Origin: Oopsacas minuta
Taxonomy: Eukaryota > Animalia > Porifera
Direction: 5' to 3'
Length of the DNA: 64,000 nt
Assembly (NCBI GenBank): GCA_024704765.1
Contig: JAKMXF010000310.1
Location: forward strand, 993,999-1,057,998
Below, one piece after another: positions 55,901 to 62,471 of this stretch (within the stretch, counting starts at the first letter, position 1; each line of letters opens with the position of its first letter). Both the position numbers and the translations under genes were made by a program. The notes under the pieces were generated by a model. The model saw nothing but the letters and a program-made list of their open reading frames with translations, did no database searches and was not told where the DNA came from.

Positions 55901-58900
55901 CAGTTTACAGGGTTAAAAAAAGGCTCCAAACAAATATGACCCTTAAACACAAAAGAGGCGGTGGTAGACCAAATTTACTCGGCAATTCAATAAAATATAC
56001 AGCTACTCAGTTCATCAAATCGGATCCAGAGACTAGTGTACGTAAACTTACAACCAGGATAACTAAAACAAAGAAACTGACTGTCAGTAAAAGTACAGTC
56101 CATCTTACTCTTCAGAAACTGAAATACTCTAAGCCATTTCCTGTCCAGATTCCATTGCTATCTGAAAAAAATCGTCTCTTCAGAATTGAATGGGCACAGA
56201 AAAACAAATTTAAACTGTGGTGTAGAGCTGTGTTTGCAGATGAAGCCTCTTTCTGGCTTAATCGTGGGAAGGTTCGAATGTGGACAAAATCTGGAAAAAA
56301 ACGATCACAAAAAACTACCAAACACTCACCGAAAATACACATATGGGCTGCATTTTCGTCTTTCGGTACCTTCCCATTGTGCATATTTCGTCAGAATTTG
56401 GATGCACAATTCTTTGTTAAGATCCTTGAATGGCATCTTCTTTCGCAGGCTGAGGCTTTCCACGGAAATAGATGGTTTCTCGTTCAGGATAATGATCCAA
56501 AGCACCGTTCAAAATTAGCCCAACAATGGATCTCAGAAAAAATGCCAAATAATGTATTTCAATGGCCCAGTCAATCACCAGACCTTAATCCGATAGAAAA
56601 TCTATTCGGCTGGTTGAAAAATCAAGTTGTAAAACAACATGCCAAATCACTAGCTGAGCTTGAAAAGTGTATCCAAACAATTTGGGATTCTCTCACACCC
56701 GAATTTTTGGAACACTATTGGAAGTCTATGAAGCGTAGATGTCAGATGGTCGCAGAAAACGATGGAAATAAGATCAAATATTAATCTTTAGTGTATTCTC
56801 AACAAGTAGACATAAAATTAGATCATATACTTTCATATTTATTGTTTCTGGGTTACGCTAGGAAATCTCCCTAGTGTTGCAATAATTATTGGACATACTG
56901 TATTATTCTATCTCATATACAAACGGAGTTACAAGTTCTGTTTTCAGATAATAAGTTTCAGCTCAGAAAATGAGCGCTTTGCTGTTGCATTAGTTCTCAT
57001 CAGTGACAAATATATACGCATTGATAATCTGGCCCTGCTCACCAGACCCTGACTACTTGGGGCTCCTGACGAAATCTGAGAAATATGTGCACAGTGGTTT
57101 ATTCGCTTCTATTAGGGGAAATTTTCATATTTAAATCTTGTTAATGTATATATTGAGAAAGATTAGAAATATGTAGGAGGTGTATCCAAATCTACAATTG
57201 CTTTTTATCTGAATCAACTTACATGAGTGTTGTACTATCTCAAAGTCTCAACAAATTATGTTAATTTTCTATGCTTAAAATTTGTGATGATAAAGCATAA
57301 TTAAAAGTAATATAATGTGAATAATGCGAACATATTTTGTTGTGAACAAAACTTTGTCGCAATTTCTCGTACTATTCAGGATACTACACACATGACTGAC
57401 TACCTAATAAAACTACTCTATAAATATTTATTCAGCGAAGTTCAGGGAAACCAAAATAATACCAACATTCCATTCTATACTTTTGGTTACTATGGTATGT
57501 CAAGCTAAATGTTACTATGTTGATGTAATGTTTAACTGAACTATTATTCACAAGTCCACTTTCATTCTCGATGACACGAGTTTCGTCAATTTGTAGATTC
57601 AAGAAATTCATCAGAGTAGTGACACTTTCAATGTTCTCTTTTTGAGATAGCAATGCGATTGGCTGGTTGGAGAATCTAGAATTTGGGTATTGATTAGACC
57701 AGATAAAATTTCCTTGATAATCTTTCAATTCAAGAGGAGAAACCATAAACAAGAGAAAATGTGAACGATCACGAGCTATTTGAGATCTAAGATTAGGCAC
57801 ACTGTGACTTTCCAACCCATCTACACCATGTTTAACCATAAAGTTGAGCGGGTACAATAGGGGTTCTTCAATAGATTGTATAGAGTGTGATGCTACGTCA
57901 CAAGAGATTTACTATGTTGTCAATGTAGTTAACTATTACTCCAATTGGTTTTGATACTGATGGGTAATTGGAATGGAGGTATTAGAGCTGTACGAAAATT
58001 ACGAATTTTAGACCAACTGGCTGATTTTGGCTGGAGTTTCACTACTTGTAATATAGTCCTGACGCTTAAGAACTATTTGTTCAAGATTATTTTAGAACTG
58101 ATCTTGGGCATTGCTTATCTAAGCCGAGTACACCTCAAATGGTGGTTTTTCACATCTTTTGAGAACGTTAGTATTGTTAGTCGATTTCAAGTTTTTCTCC
58201 AATTATTCTACTTGCCAAATTGACATCTACTTCAGCATTTCGATTGCCCTGTTTAGTATCCAGAAATATTTCATTTACTTCATGAAGTGTAAATTACATT
58301 TTACAGCTTTGTATGCTATAATTTATGTGAAATAATTTATATACACTAATTTAGGTTGAAATATATATTTATTTTTGTAGTTGACAAAATATATCACATT
58401 CCTATACAACATATCCGAATCACAATATTATGCTTCATGCAAGATTGGGATACGATTCTTCGATAACTAACACATTGCCTAGTTACAAGTATTCGTTATT
58501 GAAACAAGATACTTTTAAGAATATCCTATAAAGTCATGAATTATAAGAAACGAAATAAATTTGAATATTTTGGAAATTAACTATGACGTCATAATTTTCA
58601 AATGCTAACTCATTCTCAAAATCTGACATGCCAAAATAAATTGTCTTTAGTTAAACCCCAGTAGCCAAAATTCAGCTGAAAATAATTAAAATTGTTGAAG
58701 TTATAGCCTACTGGAAATATTTCCCCAAAATAACCCACTGTGATATGTGAAAACTAAGTTGTCTTTCAGTGAAGACCTATAATACGTATTTTATATAATA
58801 CCCATTATACGTTTAATCTACAATTTTTGGTGACTTAACTTCTATTTGATCGATTTCTGAAATAGACATTTAGCATGAAAACAGTGGTTATCGAACTGTT

Positions 58901-61900
58901 AATGAAAATCTCAGCTTAGTTGACCAAATTTTAAAATACTTGATAATTCTGTGATGTATACAAGTCTAAAAATGTGAAGTCTGGTTTTTCGAGATTAATC
59001 TATACGTATAATACGTTTAATAGGTATTATACGGTATACTCGTATTAAACAACTTAGTATGAAATATGATTAATCACTGACAGAGATTGAAAATGTTAAA
59101 ATTGGTATCTACATATTCTATTACACCTCAGTAGAAGTAAAACGAAATATCAGGCACGTAGTGCCGAGTATATTCTGTCGCACAGCGACGTAGCAAGTGA
59201 AGCGTGCTAGTTATAATTAATTCATATAGATTTTAACATCATTGATCCATCTAATCATATTTATTAGGGTGAATCTTGATGAGTTTAGAAATTAACAGCC
59301 ATAAGAGTGGTTGACATTCCTCTTTGGGGTTGCTGAAAATTTCCCTGCGGTTGTTAGCAACCCTTATACTTCGGACTAGCATCTCCAGTAGTCCAGGGGT
59401 TGCTGACAGTAGCTATAGCCTTGGGGTTGCTAACAATCCCATAGCTACGCATATGCAAACAGCCCTGACTAAAAATTAGTGCTATGGCATGCAGAGGCGC
59501 CAAAACTAGAGGTGGAGGCTGGGTTTTGACCCACCCTGATATTTTGAGGGTGGGTTTTACCAATTCTTAGTTTGTGAATTAATTAGGTCAATATGTATAT
59601 AAATCGTAGTCAATACAGGAATCCTTCGTCGTTTGCGGTGGTTATGTTCTTGAAAATTTTTAACATATATATATACAGTTGAACCCGTTAATACGAATAC
59701 GAACGGACGGTCAAAATTTGTTCGCCTTATCCGGAGTTCGTATTAACCGTAGTAATATCAAATGAATACAAATGATAGGGTCCTGATTTTGTGGAATTTT
59801 TTTTGTTTTATTCGGAAATTCGTCCTAACCGTGTTCGTATTAACGAGAGTCTACTGTATGTAGAAATTACTTACAATTTCATGATATCTATTTGAGGTTC
59901 AAATGTTTCCACCCACCCTGACACAAATTAATTCCGACGCCAACGATGGCATGTATAGGGTAAGATTGTTTTTACTCCTCAATTTAATCTCATCAAAATC
60001 ATAAGTCTAGAGGAGCGCCGGCGCTCCTAGATAATTCATTGTTGGCAACCACATAGAAGGAATGCTAGCTACTTTTCTGGTAGGAAGTTCAATACAAACT
60101 TACCCAATGGTGTGCTTTCGATTTAAAGTATGTTCGAATCAGGCGCTAGTTAATATAAATGTGACAGGAAATATTAGTTGCCCGTTGAAAATAGGATAAA
60201 TATAAACACTATGAATAGTTTGATGAGAAACTTACATAAATAAATTCCTGATATAAATCAAGTGGTCCAATGAGTGTAATAATTGCGGAAGACATAATGT
60301 AATCCCCATCACAAGTAATGTCGTGGTCAAAGAGAATCAATCTTGGAAAAATAGAAACAAAATTGGCTCCTTCAGTATATTCAATTGTAGCAGGTGGAGA
60401 GATAACAACTGGAGCATTATCATTATTCCCAATCAAAATAACGGTATAGTTCAGCTGAGCAAGAAATCTAGACATGATTTGATAAGAAGGATAAAAGATT
60501 TCAAAGATATAGGAAGAATAAATAGACTTGTTTGAGCACGAGAAAGAATATAAATAAATATTGTAATGAATCACCTAAATCTTAAGACATGCCAAGGGTT
60601 CCCCTGGCATGTCTTAAGATTTAGATGGTTCATTTTTAAGTGCCATAATTATTTTGATGTGCCATGTAATATTTGTTTGGATCCGACCTTGACTCACTGA
60701 CTCAGTATATATTGCTCAACAAATTATGTTTTGTTAACCGAATATCTATACTATTAAAACGCAATTAATTTATGTGTATGTTCGTATGTCGAGAATTGAT
60801 TGAAGAAACTGGAAGCCCCCAGCACTGATTTTGGCATACAGGGGTATTTTGGGGCTGGATCAGGCAAGTTTGGATCTTGGACGAAATTCGACCTATGACG
60901 AAATTATAACGTCATTGTCACCTTTTTGGATCTTCGAAAAATCACATTTTTCACCACTGCTTAGCCAATAAACATGATAGAAGTTTGAAATTTGAATCAC
61001 GGGTAGTCCTCAATGTGACAAATGTCTGACCAAAAGCTAGTTCATCATGGGATTATTACATCAACAAGACTGTACAAAAAATCTAAATTGTCAAATTTCG
61101 AAAAAATTCAGAATTATTTAATACCTGAGGCGAGATTACTAACTAAAAGTGATATAGCATCTCCAGTATCACCACAGAAGGCTATTGAATTGAATTTGGA
61201 TTGACAATGGAAGATAAAATCTTTCTGCTATGTCATAAATCCGAGGCACGAAGTGTTGAATTTATCCCGTCGCGTAGCGACCAGACCACTAAGAAATGAA
61301 TCTGTTTAATACTTAATCTAACCTGAGGAAATACGCAGTTGTGCAGCGCGCTAGTATTTGATAAACCGAATCTTATCGATTATCAAAATTCGTTACTCTG
61401 GTAATGTCTCTCTCTATAAGTACTACGTAATGCATAACTAGTTAGAAGATTTTCACTCATTCTAAATTTTTGATAATTTTCTACACTAGCTTTAGTTAGA
61501 GAAACTTCTTCCAAACCTGGCAACGCTATTGCTGTGGATAATTCCATAAGTTTATACGGGTTTTTTAATGTAATTTATCATTTTAGGAAAAAAGAAAATA
61601 ACACAAAAAGGATGAAATGGTACTTACAGTTCTTAGTCGAATTGGTCAGAAAGCGTATTGAATAGCAGGGTTTCCGTGGGAAAGAGGATTACTATAAAAC
61701 CATGGATTCTCTGGATTAAGCCCTGTGCATTCTAACTCTTTTTCCCTTTCACTGTAATTCTGTCTCAGGTATATCCCTTCCCTTTAGTAATTAATACAAC
61801 ATTGATCCCCCTTAAACATCCGTAGGCAAGTAGCGTGGAAATTCAATAGGAAACGCCATAGGATTTACCATATTGGCAAAACCAATGAGAATTCCCACAA

Positions 61901-62471
61901 AAATCCTATGGGAATGGAATGGGAATGGCAATTGTAATTCAGTTCCCAAAGCAACCCTGTTGACTAGTAAATTTGTACAATGTGTTTAAAGTATTAGCAA
62001 ATATAAATCCTTGAAAATGTAAAGGTGTGAATTTAGTTTCTGTTCGAATGTTTTGCAATGGTATAATAATATGGTAAATGCCACAAATAATTGATAGGTG
62101 TCAAGTTTTCTCCGCTGAAATCGGTTCAACTAGGAAAGGGATGATCCCAGCATAATGCAGCAGATTAACTCAAAATATAAAGGTATTGTGCATTTTAGGT
62201 ATATTATTTCATGGTTCCGGATTCCGAGGTTGCTCTGCCAGACACATATGTATATGAGGTAAAGAAAATAACATTTCAAGTATAAATCACAAAAATAAAC
62301 GCTCATCATTACATTCCATCAAAAACTTGGATATTGATAATCCTCCAATTCGGGCAAGAGAATTCAGAATCGTTAAAAAGTAGAGTTAAAGAATCGATCA
62401 AAGTGTTGTATTCAGCCACAGTCCGAGATCCATTGAAGTAAACTGAAGAATTTTGGGATTCCATAGATATT
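1224..62471 (-). CDS. Large multi-exon gene (incomplete at both ends) for an extracellular protein of tandem cadherin/Ig-like adhesin-type repeats
   Basis: Exons in transcript order: 62471-62313, 60467-60236, 52119-51884, 44842-44650, 40661-40485, 34215-34002, 32759-32615, 26747-26612, 23933-23750, 23569-23346, 13412-13128, 10370-9919, 7911-7703, 1453-1224. All have AG/GT boundaries and the phases chain (e.g. VFDGI|FLAQ, NPDGD|EILY, SIYYR|NNIEEP, DQAPY|ILRE). The repeat consensus is P..I....Y.E......I.D.D....A.I.I.N....E.L.....G.....Y...L....Y.N...EP....R.I...V.D....I...ND. Confidence 0.85.
1708..1865. mobile_element. hAT-like MITE
   Basis: TIRs cagagttgt / acaactctg; internal AATCAAATC/GATTTGGATT repeats; degenerate 8-bp flanks tcgctagg / tagctaga. 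Confidence 0.55.
2100..3546 (-). pseudogene. Decayed hAT transposase of the GTF2IRD2/EPM2AIP1-like type
   Basis: Fragments MATP..KKRK, FYSLAIDESTDVCDT, HQQQLCAKTL..VNFIRSKGLNHR and FQLELIDIQSD; many stops, frameshifts and an internal deletion. Confidence 0.85.
3663..3738. mobile_element. Tiny hAT-type terminal remnant (CAGTGGC...GCCACTG)
   Basis: 7-bp inverted ends and a GC-rich ggggctag repeat; no matching TSD; directly abuts the TRAF fragment. Confidence 0.4.
3738..3960 (+). pseudogene. 3' half of a TRAF-like MATH domain
   Basis: Translates with one frameshift to GALIYLCNGDFDEGLGWPFCGKFTMEL/NKTDPNKSITYKF...DAFLRPSNGDNGGFGNTDL, the TRAF-C motifs (G.FD..L.WPF, F.RP, GFG). Confidence 0.8.
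4205..4747 (-). CDS. Intronless 180-aa ORF of unknown function
   Basis: Uninterrupted 543-bp ORF in AT-rich DNA, 134 bp downstream of the co-oriented NHL gene; I recognise no domain. Confidence 0.5.
   Translation of the reverse strand: MLTTRKQFSFPQFRILWVKPDRIERMERSRGKPFSYNTQNILISIGYPWSYSHTDHGVFGGFTVNYEVMIDDTDISRGIIFRRNLKNAVLFAKTITQPFVAPNIDYEWRLEKPIKYPDVIEQHQFITKRYTRNIGLFDVLDDAIEELWEDLQYNRYQEIRSNIIISFDNRETLFRKYINI
4882..6123 (-). CDS. Intact intronless coiled-coil + NHL-repeat beta-propeller protein (TRIM-NHL-like, lacking RING/B-box)
   Basis: 413-aa ORF; helical coiled-coil N-terminus (about 1-140); NHL repeats YPRGIAMSG, FNHPCGLAVSTDGSVFVADYANHRIAV, PRDVK, PTGIVVT. Confidence 0.9.
   Translation of the reverse strand: MAERFPEIKAPIIMNQTEVRINQLFDQLVLSLNRRRIELIREFREKRGERKATTSGREQTIRQLQESKANLQSQMKENLLHSMRERMIEEMDDKMRELQATVRETEVLFQYDAQQIEKSISVLGQLIERDIIQTPNYSALHQPSISVGKKGTDGEITEAGGVVFDENTQLIYLLHGSIPCSISVFAVTGEYIKTVYSQRFMYPRGIAMSGEDVYVSDIVSDSIYHFKLPDFYLVTKVGKKGNDVGEFNHPCGLAVSTDGSVFVADYANHRIAVMNPKLKHQHYITHHTMTNPRDVKLLDGSLYVLSITDNPCLHVFSPAGEKLRSFITCSKQGNAQVKGPFTFCFDKKQNILIGDDVDRNIKVFSLDGDLLHILGDTQDDDKRIVPTGIVVTNSNKIICSSYNTNFGLHIFSQ
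6620..7294 (+). pseudogene. Intronless TRAF-like pseudogene (degenerate RING, TRAF zinc finger, start of MATH), 3'-truncated
   Basis: CTECESILRDP..RCKEC; CPFEEDGCEWEG..H..NC...IPCPY (after a frameshift); GGIEWEIRG; FHVGLCKFQ..VGALIYLCNGDFGEG, then homology ends. Confidence 0.8.
7703..7911 (-). CDS. Frameshifted exon of repeat-protein gene (ILREITLFF...IIPVNDQPRIIGEG / LSLNDYLPEEIN / GFSVYDFLPLSQ)
   Basis: Acceptor phase matches exon 9919 and the donor frame matches exon 1453. However, 209 bp is 2 nt short of frame, with an in-frame TAA after GNFFSA. Confidence 0.65.
9154..9500. mobile_element. TA-flanked MITE containing a (GTT)n tract
   Basis: TIR cactcagtgataat / attatcactgagtg with TA on both sides; (GTT)n at about 9368-9392. 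Confidence 0.6.
9919..10370 (-). CDS. Exon of repeat-protein gene (IISTMLYQNIADEP...ISDQDNSFLVQATINITN...RSKDQAP)
   Basis: Extends ORF 9918-10358; ttttag acceptor, gtaagt donor; 452 bp, phase 0/2. Confidence 0.88.
10998..11858. mobile_element. TA-flanked TIR element with GACCG/GACCC-rich subterminal repeats
   Basis: gagcatgctccatctg(t/c)acttagag occurs as an inverted pair at both ends; CCGAC repeats at 11120-11145 and 11700-11765. Confidence 0.6.
11155..11405. mobile_element. Tc1-type MITE (CACTGCCTGGCCAAAAG family), nested
   Basis: TIRs cactgcctggccaaaag / cttttggctaggcagta with TA flanks; same family as 38982 and 46551. Confidence 0.7.
12101..12974. mobile_element. Foldback-type element with long imperfect inverted arms
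   Basis: ctggcaaccctgagcaa / ttgctcaaggttaccag ends; gtggagtcgaaagaggggtcactc (about 12387) is inverted at about 12748-12772; shares an internal module with 40-1098. Confidence 0.7.
13128..13412 (-). CDS. Exon of repeat-protein gene (SGVQQIETTFFEVPN...GIQDIDGG...PFQLFVR)
   Basis: Extends ORF 13095-13292; tcttag acceptor, gtaagg donor; 285 bp, phase 0/0. Confidence 0.85.
15462..17811 (+). mobile_element. Near full-length Buster-type hAT transposon (2.35 kb)
   Basis: 15-bp TIR caggggttttcaacc / ggttgaaaacccctg; TSD atctattt / atctatat (7/8) with central TA. Confidence 0.9.
15836..17630 (+). pseudogene. hAT (Buster/SCAN3-ZBED5-like) transposase, disrupted
   Basis: BED-like CVIC..KRH, LQLDESTDVS, CTDGA, HCMIHREALA, HTEVRWLS and dimerisation motif PFPSTYLCEAAFS; stop at 16547-16549 and frameshifts after about 17120. 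Confidence 0.9.
17880..18200. repeat. Single-arm copy of the foldback family module (further copies at ~22390-22690 and ~36720-36800)
   Basis: tagactcagctagc...gtcgaacaa.gggtcactcgat...gagaatgga motif shared with 700-965 and 12390-12520. Confidence 0.6.
19320..19540. repeat. Degenerate (AACA)/(AACT) microsatellite
   Basis: Direct reading of aacaaacaaac / aactaactaact runs. Confidence 0.9.
19868..19920. repeat. (GTT)n microsatellite, about 17 units
   Basis: Direct reading; it produces the poly-Q and poly-C ORFs in the track. Confidence 0.95.
20794..20844. mobile_element. 51-bp hAT-like mini element
   Basis: Perfect 14-bp TIR cagctgttcccaac / gttgggaacagctg; no clear TSD. Confidence 0.5.
21021..21830. 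mobile_element. Non-autonomous TIR element with arrays of TAGTTCTAC subterminal repeats
   Basis: About 21021-21168 is inverted at about 21683-21830 (gtgcttctactctttaattatgattgtagagctat / atagctctacaatcataattaaagagtagaagcac). Confidence 0.7.
23346..23933 (-). CDS. Two exons of repeat-protein gene (23933-23750 and 23569-23346; 180-bp intron)
   Basis: ORFs 23733-23945 and 23334-23645 splice to ...FESSYS|DSTGLLDIKGNGTLTDYSQFL...TFDDPPICFSDII; phases 0/1 and 1/0. Confidence 0.85.
26612..26747 (-). CDS. Exon of repeat-protein gene (NNIEEPGVATRTVVYSLSDADF...IIPRNDAPVIHNSL)
   Basis: Within ORF 26552-26758; tttatag acceptor, gtaagt donor; 136 bp, phase 2/0. Confidence 0.85.
27323..27510. mobile_element. 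hAT-type MITE
   Basis: TIR cataggcgtagc / gctacgcccatg; 8-bp TSD tatgtgcc / tatctgcc (7/8). Confidence 0.75.
27852..28250 (+). pseudogene. Fibronectin type III exon fragments (receptor/adhesion gene remnant)
   Basis: Exon 27852-27911 with AG/GT; TLNDLIYESSYKIHI; from 28085 APLRPPQ/DITAYSNNATSITVVYYPPHSLYQNGIITRYLITIQGTPFD (1-nt deletion), an FN3 pattern. Confidence 0.7.
28904..29015 (+). other. Isolated exon-like segment (ELEMCVKDETEISNQIAEEYEDETTAVFEKSSYPRKIW)
   Basis: ttcgcag acceptor, gtaggt donor, open acidic frame; no domain recognised. Confidence 0.35.
29913..30400 (+). pseudogene. OTU-family cysteine protease remnant
   Basis: MLHVSGDGNCLFSSLAYWMTG, then across frameshifts FHQI..I.ENM, DYIIKTNM..TWG.D....A..L...V..F....W and a C-terminal N.NH-like segment. 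Confidence 0.7.
30576..31672 (-). mobile_element. Internally deleted hAT element retaining the C-terminal dimerisation domain
   Basis: TIR cagggtttta(c/t)acag at both ends; minus-strand IFPETFKLIQILLTF/PVGTATVERSFSQMKMIKTRLRNRL at about 30730-31200; flanked by the direct repeat CAGAC. Confidence 0.85.
32615..32759 (-). CDS. Exon of repeat-protein gene (ATTLELLRII...GSANLSQYSHLLSSIYYR)
   Basis: Within ORF 32611-32838; ctatag acceptor, gtaagt donor; 145 bp, phase 1/2. Confidence 0.85.
34002..34215 (-). CDS. Exon of repeat-protein gene (ITCCSCGTDLTANISIMITFINDN...ITDFDDP...VRLIN)
   Basis: Extends ORF 33856-34167; ttgttag acceptor, gttcgt donor; 214 bp, phase 0/1. Confidence 0.8.
38084..38961 (+). 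mobile_element. pogo/Tigger-like deletion derivative with CENP-B-type HTH remnant
   Basis: TIR cag(c/t)aaaacctcca.ttag.gaacac with TA flanks; 38533-38820 reads MSPTKSRKNLTLSQRLEIL...EKVWEWF....KNI....ILQEKA. Confidence 0.8.
38982..39229. mobile_element. Tc1-type MITE (CACTGCTTGGCCAAAAG family)
   Basis: TA flanks and TIRs; interior nearly collinear with 11155-11405. Confidence 0.7.
39480..40315 (+). pseudogene. Deleted, decayed copy of the 15462-17811 hAT transposase
   Basis: Long near-identical stretches (aagaaacccatactattggtgaagagctag; gtcaatttcgttaaaagtagc) with internal deletions. Confidence 0.85.
40485..40661 (-). CDS. Exon of repeat-protein gene (EILYLRYNIST...GGLDQYLDVIHSLEYLNNNLEPIYSQRNIVFN)
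   Basis: Not in the ORF track; ttctag acceptor, gtaagt donor; 177 bp, phase 0/0; fills the gap in the repeat. Confidence 0.85.
40800..43283. repeat. Near-perfect inverted duplication: arms 40800-41704 and 42377-43283, 672-bp spacer
   Basis: ORFs 41508+ and 42376- are identical; I saw only a 2-nt indel between the arms (tgtatcgatattt vs tgtattacgatattt). Confidence 0.95.
41300..42170 (-). pseudogene. MULE (Mutator-like) transposase remnant; its 3' part is duplicated on the + strand at 42377-42780
   Basis: AVMDSE..LWKVFP..GCSFHCRQAVWRNMQ..; PFLP.EHIEPAF; W..V.QPVRANNDYEGWHLRIN. Confidence 0.85.
43800..44050 (-). pseudogene. Small decayed fragment of the same hAT family
   Basis: Reverse complement contains gttggtgaagagctagtgttgccttgcacgaaa (cf. 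TIGEELVLPCTK). Confidence 0.55.
44267..44420 (+). other. Isolated exon-like segment (INPMYIPEIMIIIHDIEVKRQAKRAEIYELQFEAIFQSIEMIFQYHYDSIS)
   Basis: ctttag acceptor, cag|gtaaat donor, open 154-bp frame; identity unknown. Confidence 0.35.
44650..44842 (-). CDS. Exon of repeat-protein gene (LALFSTPIFLLN...ISDADQPP...ENPDGD)
   Basis: Within ORF 44575-44859; ttatag acceptor, gtgagt donor; 193 bp, phase 2/0. Confidence 0.8.
46551..46801. mobile_element. Tc1-type MITE (CACTCCCCTGGCCAAAAG family)
   Basis: About 28-bp TIR cactcccctggccaaaagtattggaacac / gtgttccaatacttttggccagggagtg; TA flanks. Confidence 0.85.
47632..48980 (+). mobile_element. Tc1/mariner-superfamily transposon with a decayed DD37E transposase (47849-48907)
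   Basis: TIR cagggtgtcca..aatta.tggcctat, TA TSD; HTH, WSDESLF and MQDGAPAH..(37 aa)..SPDLNPIE; several frameshifts. Confidence 0.9.
50540..50915. repeat. Inverted, uninterrupted copy of the repeat that the 47632 transposon inserted into
   Basis: Reverse complement matches about 47255-47631 joined to 48981-49070. Confidence 0.7.
51884..52119 (-). CDS. Exon of repeat-protein gene (FESSFPPLLVSGNYSTNVTITGEAGIDDYQSFLGTFLYRNIASEP...LLDD)
   Basis: Extends ORF 51880-52068; caacag acceptor, gtaagc donor; 236 bp, phase 0/2. Confidence 0.85.
54405..54589. mobile_element. Palindromic MITE (second copy at 55210-55346)
   Basis: About 65-bp arms aattacaacctg..ccgacagcttagtctatt inverted; TA-rich ends. 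Confidence 0.75.
55533..56900 (+). mobile_element. Intact Tc1-like transposon (1368 bp)
   Basis: Perfect 27-bp TIR cagtatgtccaataattattgcaacac; TA on both sides; a single intact ORF. Confidence 0.95.
55801..56784 (+). CDS. Tc1-like transposase, DD35E triad, 327 aa, intact
   Basis: Paired-type HTH with GGGRP linker, VFADEA, QDNDPKH and WPSQSPDLNPIENL; 35 residues between the second D and the E by manual count. Confidence 0.95.
   Translation: MAQEVMREKIKTLLIGDKHTPTEISRILDVDRGTVYRVKKRLQTNMTLKHKRGGGRPNLLGNSIKYTATQFIKSDPETSVRKLTTRITKTKKLTVSKSTVHLTLQKLKYSKPFPVQIPLLSEKNRLFRIEWAQKNKFKLWCRAVFADEASFWLNRGKVRMWTKSGKKRSQKTTKHSPKIHIWAAFSSFGTFPLCIFRQNLDAQFFVKILEWHLLSQAEAFHGNRWFLVQDNDPKHRSKLAQQWISEKMPNNVFQWPSQSPDLNPIENLFGWLKNQVVKQHAKSLAELEKCIQTIWDSLTPEFLEHYWKSMKRRCQMVAENDGNKIKY
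57540..58200 (-). pseudogene. Transib/Chapaev/RAG1-core-like transposase fragment
   Basis: MVKHGVDGLESHS...FLLFMVSPLELKD..NFIWSNQYPNSRFSNQPIALLSQKEN parallels the K.G/SCDG..S and W/F.N/E..PNS...P..L...E motifs; upstream frameshifted SWSKIRNFR..LIP and GVIVNY. Confidence 0.55.
59151..59211 (+). mobile_element. Candidate Helitron-like 3' terminus (related copy at 61241-61355)
   Basis: GC hairpin gtcgc-aca-gcgac (59177-59189), 17 nt before CTAG|T; the second copy has gtcgc-gta-gcgac and a shared upstream aggcacg..gtg. Confidence 0.35.
60236..60467 (-). CDS. Exon of repeat-protein gene (FLAQLNYTVILIGNNDNAPVVISPPATIEYTEG...QEFIY)
   Basis: Within ORF 60209-60574; gtctag acceptor, gtaagt donor; 232 bp, phase 2/0. 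Confidence 0.85.
62313..62471 (-). CDS. Exon of repeat-protein gene (ISMESQNSSVYFNGSRTVAEYNTLIDSLTLLFNDSEFSCPNWRIINIQVFDG)
   Basis: Open frame not in the ORF track; tttttag acceptor, gtaatg donor; 159 bp, phase 2/2; second half of the repeat motif. Confidence 0.8.
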
